64,000 nt of DNA from Mytilus trossulus (GCF_036588685.1 NC_086382.1:24614001-24678000); one strand, 5' to 3'. Counted from the first letter of the stretch, positions 1 through 13,918 are shown. Notes: a model not told the origin generated them from the letters alone. A program made the numbers and translations.

Positions 1-1221
1 ACATGGGGATTGCTCTGGAATTCCCTTTTTGGGAAAACTTTAAAAAAATTACGGCAACCTTTCGTGCATGGGACACATAATTTGTATCATCTTGATCCCT
101 TTTTCTTATATTTCCGTCTTTTCGAGAGAGAAAAATCAACATTACGTCATCGCCCACTTATAAATTGCTTGTTCTAGACAAACTTTTATATCGTTTGGTA
201 AACAAAAATACATGTTTTTTACGGTATTCAGAATTTTACAAAACTAAAAGTGTAACGCGGGACAAGGAAATCATATTGCAAAATGAAGGTTTTATTGAGT
301 TTTGATTAATGAAAATGGTCTGTTACCTATACAATATTGCAATAATCTTAAAGAAGAGTTTAAAAGCTTTAAAATGATATACAACACTTTATAATATCAT
401 TGTTTATGTTTAAAAATTAACAAGATGAATGTGTATTGTCCATGATTTCACCAAAGTAACACCAGTAGCGTGCGACGTTTCACTTGTAATAAGTAAGCCA
501 ATAATTTATCATCCGAATAATTATGTAATTCCACAATTATAGCTGATTATATTTCAAAGTTAAATCATGCTTCAAATTTTAAGTTTATTAGTTCGATAAG
601 ATTTCAAGCAAGAATTCATGTAGATTTGTTTATCATATCATGTTTGTCGTTTATTTGTGGTTTATTTGTGTACTCTAAAGAATACAGGAAATTATTCATA
701 TTTCCTGAAGGTAAATAATAAATAATGTTTATTTATTTATGAAATGAATTATAATTTTATCATAAATCTGTAATGCATTACGCTATATGTAAATGCATTA
801 GAAAAGTGAAACGGTTTAATGATTATTTGTTAAAATTTATGTATGATGAAAGAAAATGAAGCCTCATAAATTTTACATTTGAATGTAAAATATTCGAAAG
901 TCGAAGGTAATATATACACGTAGTTTAAAGGTGTTTTCCGTGATCATTTCATTTTAATTAATTTTTGAAATGTTATGTTGTTATTTTTATGGTTTTTTTG
1001 TTGATTTTATGACAAGTATTAAACATATTAGTTTGAACAACAAAAGGTAAAAAGGTATTCTATCCACACACATTCACCAATGTTTTATGCCAATATATAT
1101 GATCAAAGTTTTCTTTCAACCAATTCTTTATCAACTCGTTATAAGTTGAATCAAACCTTTAGCTAATCCCATCCAAATACAATATATTTTCTTCTATTAA
1201 CCAAGCATAATAATTCAGATA

Positions 1222-1475
1222 AGGGTGAAGTTTGGGAACTTAAAACGTTTAAACCCGCTGTACATGTCCTAAGCCCGGAACCTGATGTTCAGTAGTTGTC
1301 GTTTGTTGATGTGTGTTTCATAACTAAAGTGTTTCTCGTTTTTTTATATAGATATTAAGACCATTGGTTTTCTCTTTCTCACTAGTCATTTTTTGGGACC
1401 TTTTATAACTTGCTGTTCAGTGTGAGCCAAGGCTCCGTACACATTGTGACTTGGGTGGAGAGTTGTCTCATTGGC
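1222..1475 (+). repeat. Interspersed repeat family B, degenerate copy
   Basis: Shares 'cagtagttgtcgtttgtt...gtgagccaaggctccgt...gagagttgtctcattggc' with copies at ~5930-6200, 9897-10163, 10690-10822(-) and 21934-22081. Confidence 0.8.
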
Positions 1476-2297
1476 TCAAATATATTTATTATAAATTGAG
1501 TGTGTATTTCCTTCACTATATAGATTATAAGTTAATATTGTTCATCATTTCTGATAGTTTCCAGTTTTTCTAAATATCTTTTCGATCTAATAAAGATGTA
1601 TAACACTTTGAATCAATATGAATAACATTACAGAGATGAATAATGACAAATTTTAATCGATACATGCATAAGTAAGAGAGTATAGTGTTTTCCAAAAATG
1701 TCTGGAATAGCGAAGATCGAATGAGACCCCCAATAACAAATGAAGTGATAGAAAGAGAAGGACAAATGAGTATTCGTTGTTTTTCTCGTTTCAATTGCTT
1801 TGAATTAAGTCATGGTTATGGCCTTTAAAAGCCTTCTTTATAGTCTGATTGCTCCTTGTTAAAGCCCGTGCGATGGGTGTATTACCACCAAATCATGGTA
1901 CATCACATCCGGTTGTATGAAAGTAGGTCTATTCTTAACTATTTCTGTGTCATAAACATATGTCTTGGGTATTTCAAAACACCATTATTTTTTATTTGTG
2001 ATCTCTATAGAAAATTTTGTATTCATTGGGGTTACATGGTGACTAAACCTTGTGCACAGATAGAATAAGGGGATAACTTTGATTGATTAACTTCCAATGA
2101 TGGTTATTTTTTTTATATGCAATGAAATGTTATGTGCAAATTTTTCTGTAGAACTGGACAGGATAAAACTTTACTCATGCCAAGTATTTCTTTATTTGAA
2201 ACAAAGATAAATTCTGCACAATTTTTTGAAAAGTGAAAATTTAACAAAGACTAATATGGAAAAATCAATGGTGGTATTACACCTATAGTTGCTTCAT

Positions 2298-2544
2298 GAG
2301 GCTCCAGCAGGGTCAAAAACGACCTGCGATCTCTGGCCTTTTTAGATGCGACTTCCGACCTGAGGGCCCCCGGGCCTTCTAAAAACGATTTGCGACCTGT
2401 AAAATTTGGAAAAAAACGCCTCCGACCGACTTCCGTCCTCTGTGTTCAAAAACGACCAGCGACCTGTACATTTCCCTTAAAACGACCTCTCGACGAATTT
2501 AAAAGCTACCTTGCGACTTGAGGGGGATACCCTGTAGGAGCCTC
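2298..2544. mobile_element. MITE-like element with 16-bp imperfect TIRs (GAG...CTC ends)
   Basis: Left gaggctccagcagggt vs reverse complement of right end gaggctcctacagggt; GC-rich interior with repeated cgacc motifs; no clear TSD. Confidence 0.65.
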
Positions 2545-3527
2545 CTTAATATATCTTTCTCATTTATTCTCTGGTGTTGTTGTCTTGACAAACATACCTC
2601 ATCTTTATTTTTTATATAGAGAGACACGGAAACATTTTATTATATAGTGCTTCAATAGATGCAAAAGTTTAGTTTGCTTTTTTTTTATATCAATTTTGTT
2701 TATCTACGAACCCATTGTTGTATCGAAATACCTAATTTAAAAAAAATATTAGTATATGGCCACAGTTATACCAACATGTGTTAGGTTGATATAGTACATA
2801 TAGTACGCTACACAAATGCAAAACACATTAATGGTCACCTGGTCTCTAATAGTTCCAACGTTTTTGTGCATTTAGGGGAGTCTGGCGTATATTTACTATT
2901 ATACAGTTGAATAACACTCCTAATGCTCAGATTGGTTGTCATCGACTCGTGTTACACAGTTAATAACACCATATACGAAAAACATAGAACTCCTTTTGTC
3001 ATAAGACACTGTCAAACATCCAAACATACTATCCACACTCATCTGTGTCCACACTTGTATACAGTTGAAAAAAACAAAGTAGTGAGAATTTGTGTATCTA
3101 GTGTCGCCTGTCAGTTACAGTAGTTGTTAATCAAAAAGCAACCAACCATATAAGGAGTTGATGGAGCTTCAATTCACAAAAGGTTTGAGTGGGAAAATGT
3201 ATCTTTTCTTTTTCAAATTGCGCTGTACACAAGGGAGATATTTATTCGTCGATAACTTATGCAATGAAAATATGTCAAAACAAATTTTCGAAGATTTAGA
3301 TTGTATCGCATAATTTAAGTTTATTATTGCCTTGAATACTTTGTGTATGACATCATGTTTGGTCTATATTTTATGTTGCATTACAGAAGTTATTTATACC
3401 TGCCCAAGGTAACACTTACCTTTGAAAGATGCATTAAATGTATACATAAATTAAATGAGGAATGTAATACAACAAATGAAGTAGAAAAGTTTTTAGTGAC
3501 ACATTTAATATAAGTTATATATGCTAG

Positions 3528-3610
3528 CACTCGTCTCAGAAAAAAAATTCCTTTATATAATACCTTGTGTTATATAAAGGTATATAGGACATTTTTATCT
3601 GAGACGAGTG
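3528..3610. mobile_element. Tiny foldback/MITE (CAC...GTG ends)
   Basis: cactcgtctcaga...tctgagacgagtg 13-bp perfect inverted repeat, plus an internal cctttatataa/ttatataaagg pair. Confidence 0.6.
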
Positions 3611-3625
3611 AATGATAGTAAAACA

Positions 3626-3953
3626 TGGTTAGAGGTATAGGGGGAGGATTGAGATCTCACAAACATGTTTAACCCCGCCGCATTTTTGCGCCTGTCCCAA
3701 GTCAGGAGCCTCTGGCCTTTCTTAGTCGTGTATTATTTTTAATTTTAGTTTCTTGTGTACAATTTGGAAATTAGTATGGCGTTCATTATCACTGGACCAG
3801 TATATATTTGTTTAGGGGCCAACTGAAGGACGCCTCCGGGTGCGGGAATTTCTCGCTACATTGAAGACCTGTTGGCTACCTTCTGCTGTTGTTTTTTATT
3901 TGGTAGGGTTGTTGTCTCTTTGACACATTCCCCTTTTCCATTCTCAATTTTAT
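3626..3953 (+). repeat. Interspersed repeat family A
   Basis: Closely similar copies at 12277-12403(+), 45611-45903(-), 46508-46963(-), 52184-52278(-) and 62583-62836(-); shared end '...gacacattccccatttccattctcaattttat'. Confidence 0.85.
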
Positions 3954-4587
3954 AGCACTTTAAACCGTTAAACATAAATGTGCACACGAAGTGAATTCAG
4001 CTTTTTCCCATGCGTTCTGAGAAAAACTTAAAATCTTAAGTCTTGAACAAATGTGAACAACAAATTTAATCGATAAAATTAAATTGGGCGACATCAAAAT
4101 ATCAACTGCGACAAAAAAAAAGATTCCGAGTGTTTACAGCGTCATTTCAAGTCACCTAATCATAAGAATCGGGTTCAGCTTGCAGACGCATTCTTAGAAA
4201 TAAGTGAATTTAGAGTGATCGATAATGATTACTAAAGCATTGTCGTCAGATATTGTCAACAAGACAGACTAATTTGGAAACCGGAAAGAATTTCAATACA
4301 ACATTCAATTATAATTCATCTTAGTAACTGTCTTTCATAATTCAATCTAAAGGCATACTATATATACTAATATTTTATGGTGTAACATTGCCGCCTATAC
4401 AATGTGAATATTTATCTTACATTGTGTCCATTTTTACGTTTGCAATCAGGATTTCCTTGATATAAAGTTTCTATTGAACCGCGGGTTCCTTACTGTAACA
4501 TTGATATTCATATTTTGATGACCAGTATGGAATAATGTCACAAATGACTACCGAATATGTTCTATTTGTCTAAGTTCCAGTCCTCTT

Positions 4588-4750
4588 TTTTAGTCTTCTT
4601 TCCTTGTTTATCCCATCTTTTTCAGTCTTCTTTCCTTGTTTATCCCATCTTTTTCAGTCTTCTTTCTTTGTTTATCCCATCTTTTTCAGTCTTCTTTCCT
4701 TGTTTATCCCATCTTTTTCAGTCATCTTTCCTTGTTTATCCCATCTTTTT
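4588..4750. repeat. 33-bp pyrimidine-rich minisatellite, ~5 copies
   Basis: Unit tcagtcttctttccttgtttatcccatcttttt; explains the repetitive ORFs 4557..4838 and 4604..4864. Confidence 0.92.
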
Positions 4751-5929
4751 GAAATCATTACTACTGGTGACAACCATGGAACGGAAAGTGTTTATATACC
4801 CTTTCAGAGCACCTGCATTAAATGTTTGGATTGTTTAGAGTTTCGAAATCTTAAGTTTCTGTGAACTGTTTTCTGTGCTGTTGTTAGTCTTCTCCTTGAG
4901 GTCTCTTTTTCATTCTCCTGATATTCTTCATTTGAAAAAATAATTGTTATGTTCTCTTATAATGAATGTTACAAAAAAAGATTGGGATATTATCTAACTT
5001 TATAACTGTTATCAATTTCCTTAATGTCTAATAATAAAAAAAAAACATTTTAATTATGAACAAGTATTGATTAGTTGAAGCAAAACTGTAGTCGCTGAAG
5101 CTATTAATCCTTCTGTCTGAACAGAAAATTGTTTATGTTAAGGAGAATCTTTTTCAATTATAAGACGGAATTGTTAATAATTATCAGGCGGAATTGTTTT
5201 CTTTTTTATTATATTGATCTGACATCAGAGAAACGGATCCATGTAATGAAAATATGATAACAATTTGTTGTAGATTGTCTAGTGCAGAAGGATGAAAACA
5301 TACGAACTAGGTTTTATAAATTGATATATCATACAGTAAATCCACAATAAATCAAGAAAATAAGTGATGCGGACATATTTGTACTGTAGAATTGCAAGGG
5401 ATCAAAGTGAGATATATAGCGAATTTAATGCGTACGAAGCACTTTATCGGATTAACCTTTATCAGTTATGCTCAAATTAACACATAACCAAGGATAAATA
5501 CCACAGTGCCCTTTTGATAGTTCTGCTAAAAGCAACACATTATCTGGTATAAATACCAACAAGGATTACTTCATCAGTAACGCTCAAAGTAACTCACTTT
5601 TTCCAGATTTACCTTTGTCAGTAACTCTTAAAGCAATTAACACAATGTCAAGAGTAGGTACCAAGGTGCACTTTTACCTGTTATACTCAAGCAACACATT
5701 AACAAGAATAAAATAACACTGAGAAATTCATTGAATTGGAGACTAAATGCCATAAGAGGAAAGCCTAGTTACGTTTTTGTTTAAATACATTATTGAATAT
5801 CATTGTTACACTGGCATTGGTATAGACTAAACGGAATCAAATTGACACGTAATACTTAAAAATAAAAGAGGATCATGTCAATTCATTGAAATAGTCGACA
5901 ATAAACAAATTATAAGCTAAACAATCATA

Positions 5930-6200
5930 ATTTAAACCCTGTTGTTCGATGGTTGTCATTTGTTGATAAGTTGTTCATAAGTGTTTCTCGTTTTTCGTTA
6001 TTTTATATAGATTATACCGTTCGTTTTTCCTGATAGAATTAGTTTAAACTAGTCATTTTTTGGGCCCTTTATAGCTTGCGGTTCGATGTGAGCCAGGACT
6101 CCTTGTTGAAGACCGTACCTTGACCTATGATAATTTACTTTTTACACACTGTCAATTGGATTGAGAATTATTCCATTGGCACTTATACCACATCTTGTAA
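5930..6200 (+). repeat. Interspersed repeat family B, degenerate copy
   Basis: Colinear similarity to 9897-10163. Confidence 0.75.
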
Positions 6201-7098
6201 TTTCTTTTTTAAAAGATTACACCAAGATTACATCCTTATGAGGTCAAAAGAAAATTGAGCGTGAGAATTGGAGAGACAATATCCCCATGAATCAGAACCA
6301 TCAAAGTTAAAGTGACATACAATTAACCTATATATGTTGATGTAAGTACAAAACCATTATGAAGTGCTACACTTCACAGCTGGTAACCAGTAGATTTCCT
6401 TCAACTGCTTCAAATATTTCATACAGTTTCGAATTTCATTGTATTTATATTTTATAAGGATACAAATACTTTTTGTATCAGCCAATGCATCTAACGCCAA
6501 CATTTTGATTAAGTCAGAATATACTGTTTTTATTTATATGAATTCATATCATGTTTACAAAAAAGGAAGACATTTAGAACATGAAGTTTTGATGTCTTTA
6601 AATACATTAAAGATCGAGTACCGAATGATCTTTCGTCAATTTTAATAAACTATTTTGATGAAGATACACAAAATATATAAATAGGGATACGCGCTCTTTA
6701 GTGGATATGCATGTATCTTTGATTGACATTCAAAAGTATAAAAAGGGATATTTGTAAATTGTAGTCCAAACTGTCACAGAGAATAAATAAGGAAATAAGT
6801 TGAGTAAATGCATTTAAGACCTTTGTCCAAGATTATGACATATAATCCGTGTAAAACACTTATGCCTAAATTTACGACAAAGTCTAGAATAATTAAATAC
6901 ATGCAAAACCTAAATATATTAAAACAATTGAATTACTAAAATGTTGTTTAAAAACTAATTTCATTGCACTGTCCAAATTGTCCGGTCATAAAGTGATGAA
7001 TCTTCAAATTAAAGATTATTATCTTTGGTGGACATTCAAAAATATATAAATAGGTATCTTGCCAAAAAGCAACGTCATTTAAAAAAAAATTAGAACTT

Positions 7099-7470
7099 CA
7101 AATAAAGGCAATAGTAGTATACCGCTGTTGGATAGTCATAAATCGATTTAACTGTAGAAAATATGGGTCACAAACCAAACTGAGGGAAACACATCAACTA
7201 TAAGTGGAACAAAACAGAACAACAGAAACATTGAACTTTTATAAAAACAAACCCGAACATACATAAAAACGGACTATGTGATAACAACTGCTATATTTCT
7301 GACTAAGTACAGGAAATTTTAAGAAAAAATGGTGGGTTGAACCCGATTTTATTTTTAGCCAAACCTCCAGCTTTATGACTTTGTTAAGAATACCGTTAAA
7401 ATGACAAAATTTCGTGACAAGAATACAGTACACATAAAAATGCAATAACATTTAGAACAGAGAAATGCAA
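7099..7470. repeat. Interspersed repeat family D
   Basis: 'agtagtataccgctgtt...gtcataaatcgatt...ggttgaacc' is shared with 33132-33717 and 38189-38520. Confidence 0.8.
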
Positions 7471-8224
7471 ATATTAATAATATAATGTTTACATTTATGT
7501 GACTGTAAACTGTGGAAGACCTTCATGGATAAGTAATGACATTACACCCCTTGCCGTAGTATTTTCAAGAAAATCATCTTTCCTTTGAATAAGAACTACT
7601 TGTGTAAAATAATTTGTAAATTATACTCGATTGCGTTCCTGTTCATGAGACTTCTTATTGTAATCGACTCTTCTTTCGCTTTTTTCTTCCATCATTTCTT
7701 TTCAACTCTCGTACAAACACATTATTCAAAGTAATTCATTTTGCAGTTTCATTTCTTTTTGTTCCAAAGTATTTCGCTGTATGTCTAAGCTGTTTTAATT
7801 AGATATTCAGACGATCCATCTTCTTACATTCAGCGTTAGTACATTTACTTGCATAAGCTATTGAACACGTTTTTCAATATAAAAGATCTATAAGATATTT
7901 AAAGGTGTAGCATGTGAGATATGGCAATGCAAGTTTCCTGGTCTTTCTTTCACTCAGGAGATCCCTGTTGAATTTGAATTATATAGAAAGAGTACTTTAC
8001 AAAATTCTAAACAGCGTTGGTATATAGAACTACAAGAACAAGAAGGTTTTTAAGGACTATATGCTTTTGATACATCATTGGAAATTTTAAATGCGTATGT
8101 TACATTTTACATGAAAGAAACTTCGGCATTACCCCTGAAAAAAACGTTTACGTTTCCGTATTGCTATCGCAATAAACCTCAATTGAAATGAGGATTCGAC
8201 TAATGAGTTTGAATATCCCTTCGT

Positions 8225-8768
8225 TATCTTTCTCTCCTTTTCTTGCCTTACTGTTGCTCAACGTATCTTTCTCTCCTTCTCTTGCCTAACTGTTGCTCAA
8301 CGTATCTTTCTCTCCGTCTCTTGCCTAACTGTTGCTCAACGTATCTTTCTCTCCTTCTCTTGCCTAACTGTTGCTCGACGTATCTTTCTCTCCTTCTCTT
8401 GCCTAACTGGTGCTCAACGTATCTTTCTCTCCTTCTCTTGCCTAACTGTTGCTCGACGTATCTTTCTCTCCGTCTCTTGCCTAACTGGTGCTCAACGTAT
8501 CTTTCTCTCCTTCTCTTGCCTAACTGTTGCTCGACGTATCTTTCTCTCCTTCTCTTGCCTAACTGGTGCTCAACGTATCTTTCTCTCCTTCTATTGCCTA
8601 ACTGTTGATCGACGTATCTTTCTCTCCTTCTCTTGCCTAACTGTTGCTCGACGTATCTTTCTCTCCGTCTCTTGCCTAACTGTTGCTCGACGTATCTTTT
8701 TCTCCGTCTTTTGCCTAACTGTTGCTCACCGTATCTTTCTCTCCTTCTCTTGTATAACTGTTGCTCTA
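8225..8768. repeat. 39-bp minisatellite, ~14 copies
   Basis: Unit ttgcctaactgttgctcaacgtatctttctctccttctc; gives the 13-aa periodic ORFs on both strands. Confidence 0.95.
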
Positions 8769-9486
8769 CGTTGACACCAATCAACTTGATCTTTTTCTTA
8801 GTTCATTGACAACGTCAGTAATATTATCCCTATGTGAACAATCGAGAATTAAAACACGTACGGCATAAGCTGATTACACAGTGAGTAGAGAAAACATAAG
8901 TATTGCGTTGCAATATGACTAGAGTCTTTTACTCTAATTAGAACAAGTTTCAAAAAACGATCAGCATTAATTGACAGTTGCGTGACATCAAACAATTATG
9001 CCAGTTCCCCTACAATGATGCACATACCGTTACACTTTAATGCTAATAAAGTTCCAGAATTGATTTTTCTTTACTATAGCTGTCAAAAAGTAAAATAGAG
9101 CGAGTGATCAATTCACCAAAGGATCATGGAAATATCAAAACTTCGAATTCTATTGCGATGTTGATATCGTCTTGTCACAATTTAATCCAATAGGATCGAT
9201 CGTTACGTTAGTGAGTGACATGAATTATATGTTATTTCTGATAGAACTTTTATTTAAGTTGTCTGTTTTGGACTATTTACCATTTTACATGTAAGTATAC
9301 ATTAATTGAAATTTATAGATCTTTTACTTTACTTCCGATTTTTTACTTTGATATTCAGTAGACACTGCAATGATCGCCGATATATAATATACTAACTGAT
9401 ACTAACATTTAGACTAGTCGCGAAATAAGATGTCGAGGATTGCTTATAATACAACTCTCCACAAGAGACCCAATGGCATACATAGC

Positions 9487-9660
9487 AGAGGGACGAAAGA
9501 TACCAAAGGGACAGTCAAACTCATAAATCTAAAACAAACTGACAACGCCATGGCTAAAAATGAAAAAAAGACAAACAGAAAAACAATAGTACACATGACA
9601 CAACATAGAAAACTAAAGAATAAACAACACGAACCCCACCAAAAACTAGGGGTGATCTCA
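9487..9660. repeat. Interspersed repeat family C, partial
   Basis: 'agagggacgaaagataccaaagggacagtcaaactcataaatc...' recurs at 26372-26553 and 33268-33580. Confidence 0.85.
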
Positions 9661-9896
9661 TCTCAAAGCCTTATCATGGCTTTGTGTGCTGACACGTCGA
9701 ATACATGATAACTAAATCTGTCAAGGAGTATACATTAATGTGATAAATAAATGCTGTATATGAATGATTGATTGATTGACAAATGCTTAAGATTTGGATT
9801 TTATGAAAAATCTTGAGAACAAAATCTACCCAGTACTACGACTGTCTAACATATATAATATCATTTTGAATAAAAATGGGTTCTCAAATAAACTAT

Positions 9897-10163
9897 AATC
9901 TGATGTACAGTAGTTGTCGTTTGTTTATGTAATATATACGTGTTTCTCGTTTCTCGTTTTGTTTATATAGATTAGACCGTTGGTTTTCCCGTTTGAATGG
10001 TTTTACACTAGTAATTTTGGGGCCCTTTATAGCTTGTTGTTCGGTGTGAGCCAAGGCTCCGTGTTGAAGGCCGTACTTTAACCTATAATGGTTTAATTTT
10101 TAAATTGTTATTTGGATGGAGAGTTGTCTCATTGGCACTCACACCACATCTTCCTATATCTAT
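9897..10163 (+). repeat. Interspersed repeat family B, best-preserved copy
   Basis: Multiple copies in the window; related subfamily at 48055-48128(-), 50428-50615 and 61245-61375. Confidence 0.85.
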
Positions 10164-11504
10164 AGCCCTTAATCGTTAATTTTTTTCGACAATTTCTACA
10201 ATTCTCCGTTTGAAACCTCATTTAATTCTGTGAAAGAATTGTCCGTTTCGTTTCCTTTTGATTCAATGACAAACCACTTTAAATTCACAGAATTACTTAC
10301 TCAATGTGATAGACAAAACCTGTTTCGTTCAGAGCACTTAACACTTGAAGGCTCCAAACGCATCCTTTAACGACAATTGTAATTCCATCTTAATGTCCTT
10401 TTGTTTATGTGTAGTTTTACTAAATGTTTGACTTTTTTTTAATTGCGTCATGTTGTGTAATTAGAAAGAGGAAAGAGCAAAGCATTCTGTGGCTTTGACA
10501 ACATAATCTAAATGCTAGGTACAACTCTTTTTGTAAACACTTTTGATTTAGAATTAGAATGAAAATGAAACACTTTTTGAATTCATTTTTGGTTAAGTTA
10601 ATATAAGTTTGAACTTCATCAAAGTGAATCCGCATATTACATGTTATTGAAAAATAAACATAACATTACACCAACAAATGTTAACTTTATATATAAGAAG
10701 ATGTGGTATGCGTGCCAATGAGACAGCTCTCCATCTAAGTCCCAATTTATACAAGTAAAGTAGTATAGGTCAAGGTACGGTCTTCAACACAGAGCCTTGG
10801 CTCACACCGAACAGCAATTGTTATAAAATTCAAAATAGTTCTTGTTTTTTTTCTTCAATTTGTTCATTTGTTCTTACTGAAAAATTGCTATGGTGCACAT
10901 GCATTACAACTATCGAGAAACACGTTGACTGTCATAGATTCGGTTTATAATATTAAAAATTTTCTTCTTTTCAATTTCATTACTAAATCTGTAATCTGTA
11001 ACTAAAAATGAATTAAGATTGCAGAAAGCACGCTTCTGTCGCTTGTGTAACAGAAGATGATTTGCCTGTCATTGAAACATGTTCTGTCTCTTTTACTGTT
11101 AGTCTGTAGTCTCTGTTTGATCATTCGTTCTTCACATTTGACTTACTAAGCCTTACCAATGATTATTTCGATCTGTCAGAACAACAATAATATACATAAA
11201 GTATGGAAAGGCAGATGTGTAGTCCTCATTTTTCCAGGAAGGACAACTCGTATATTGCTTTAAGATGCTCTTTATATTTAGATTTTTCCCTTTCTTTTGT
11301 ATGGGATAGCTGGGAAAAAGTGGTGCGTAAACGTGTCGTGGTTTTTTTTATGTGTTTGATTTTTGTTTTGTCTTCTAAACCTTTCGTTTTCAAACCGGGT
11401 TGTCCTGATATTAGTTTGTTCAGAATCTTATACAGTCATGCTTATGCATGTTGTTTGAAGAAGTGTTTGAAGCAAACTACAAAAAAAAAAAAAAATTATA
11501 AAAA

Positions 11505-11885
11505 ATTATAAGTAGAACATGATATAAATAAATTTGGTGTTATTACTGTCTTCTGATTGGTTAAAATTATGAGTATTATTTTCAATGTTGTCAATTTTGA
11601 TGGCGACACGCCCACTCTGACGTTGATTATTCATACGCCAACATGTGTGTACGCTTGTTATTGTTAATATAAATAATATAAAAAGTTCTTTGAGCCTTAG
11701 TTTTGATAGAAATTTATTTATAATGAATGGCAATGATTCATTTTGATTTTATTGAACCATAAAACTAATTTTTGACTCTTCACATTTTACATAATCCGCT
11801 TCGCGGATTATTCAATGTGAAGAGTCAAAAATTAGTTTTATGGTTCAATAAAATCAAAATAAATAATAGCCATTCATTAAATATT
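11505..11885. mobile_element. Non-autonomous element ending in a ~160-bp hairpin
   Basis: Near-perfect inverted repeat 11721..11879 centred on ccgc-ttc-gcgg; left boundary is approximate. Confidence 0.6.
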
Positions 11886-13765
11886 CATAAGTTTCTTAAT
11901 ATATTTTTCGTTTTACTCTGAAATTAACCACTCGTGATCAAAGATAGCCTACTGATTTTATGCATGTTAGGTATAAGTGCAAAATTATCAAACATGTATA
12001 TCGTTTTTCATGTCTGCATTGTTTAAGTATAAAGACATTAATCTAAGCGTCATACGGCATTTTAATCGTTTTATCACAAAGCATATAATAAAAAATCAAG
12101 AAAGTATCATATGGAATTTCAAAAGACAAACATTCAGTCAAGAAATATTATTGCATTGAATCATTTGTCAAAAATAGCTCATGTAAATACTGGTTGAAGC
12201 GGCCGGGGCAAAGCTTTTAAACAATAGAAAGACAAAAACATATGAATATCGACAATAAACCATTGTATGTTTTTCTTTAGGGGCCAGCTGAAGCCCGATT
12301 CCGGATGCGGGATTTTTAGACCTATTTGCGGCATTCGCCTGTTTTCTACTATTTGGTCAGGTTAATGTCTCTTCGAAATATTTCACTTCCCCATTCTCAA
12401 TTTCATTTGGCACGAAATATGTGATAACAAGAACATGAAAAGGCAAAACTGACATCGGGTGTCTCAGAAGGGTAATACATAAAAACGCATGACAGTTGAA
12501 ACAGATATAATTCTTAGTATTGTACATGTACTTTGAATTATGATAATTAATTATAATAATACAAACTGAATTGGCTCTCACAGCAACAACTTCCGATATA
12601 ACAATTGAGAGATTTAAAGAGTCATGGGGCGTAGAAAAATTGTTATATGGTCACTGATATAATCCATACTTAAATAACAACTATGTTATCCGTTGAAGTG
12701 GTTAAATACGAAGTACAAATATTGTTTTAAAAAGTTTATATCGTCTGATAATACACAAACATAGAACTACAGCTGGCGGACTGAGTTTGCAATAGTCGGT
12801 ATGTTCTTTGTTTCATTATACAAAATTAACTATTGTTTGAAGCCTGGCTATCCAAGTTTTGAGAGTTCGCTAAAATTTTCTATTTATTACATATTTTTTT
12901 TTGTATAATTTGATATATATGTTTTAGGAACAGAATTTTAATTTTACAAATTTTATTAACTATAAACTATAGTATGTTCCATAAACTATTAATAACATGC
13001 GTCTCGGTGTGCCTTTATTAAAACAAAAACTTTCTTCGATGTTAATATTTCATGACATTTTTTTTTTCTGTTGTAAACATTAACTTCATTAGGTCAGGGT
13101 ACAACTTATGATACAGAGACTCTTTATGTAAATGGAAAAAATGTACAAAGTGTTATTGGAAAAATTTATTTCTTGCATTTAAACCTTTTTTACCAGTTTG
13201 CTTTCATTTTATGTTGATTATTGATCTTTCTATATAGTTTCTCATTTTAATTGATTTTAAAATATTTAAATTTTGTTGAAATATTAGAAATGAACATATT
13301 AAGGGGTAATAACTGTAAGGGTTTAATGAAAGTAAGACCACCCTCATCCTAGACATTAGCATTCATTTCATTTCCATTTTTTTTTTTAATTTTTATTCCC
13401 TTATTTTTATTTGTTACAAATTATTTCCAACAAAATTTCATGACATTTCCGAAGAAAAAATAATAGCATTAATTTCCAATAAATGTGCAGAGTCAATCAC
13501 ATTAACTGTATGATGGCATTGGAAAAGTTGTGAATAAAACACATACAAGTTAATCCCATATCATATATAAAAGCCAAATGTCCATATACTAAGCTACAAT
13601 ATAAATTTGCATTAAATAATAAAATGCATTATTGATGTGCTGTTTATTGCATACATTATAAAACGAACTTATCAAAAGATAAAGTGTACACAAGCATAGT
13701 AAGACGAGCATTCAAACTATATCGAATATGAAGTTTTACATTGTTTTAATTGTCTTGTAACAAGT

Positions 13766-13918
13766 CAGAGGCGGACTAAGGTGTCTAAGGGGGCCGGCCC
13801 CCCTTTTTTCCTGGAAAAATTGGTTGATTATAGAGAGAATGACTGGAGCATGACTGGAGTGGGCCCCTTTTAGGCAGTTAGTGGGCCCTACTTTTAAATA
13901 TTTCTGGATCCGCCACTG
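13766..13918. mobile_element. Short MITE with CAG...CTG ends (hAT-like termini)
   Basis: TIR cagaggcgga / tccgccactg; second diverged copy in opposite orientation at ~41181-41332. Confidence 0.65.

Noticed and set aside
4557-4864. Hydrophobic repetitive ORFs
   Set aside because: Translations of a 33-bp minisatellite
7560-7870. Minus-strand E/K/R-rich coiled-coil-like reading
   Set aside because: Multiple stops and no recognisable family; cannot support a pseudogene call
8243-8784. 121-aa and 178-aa periodic ORFs
   Set aside because: 39-bp tandem repeat, non-ATG starts, no splice or homology support
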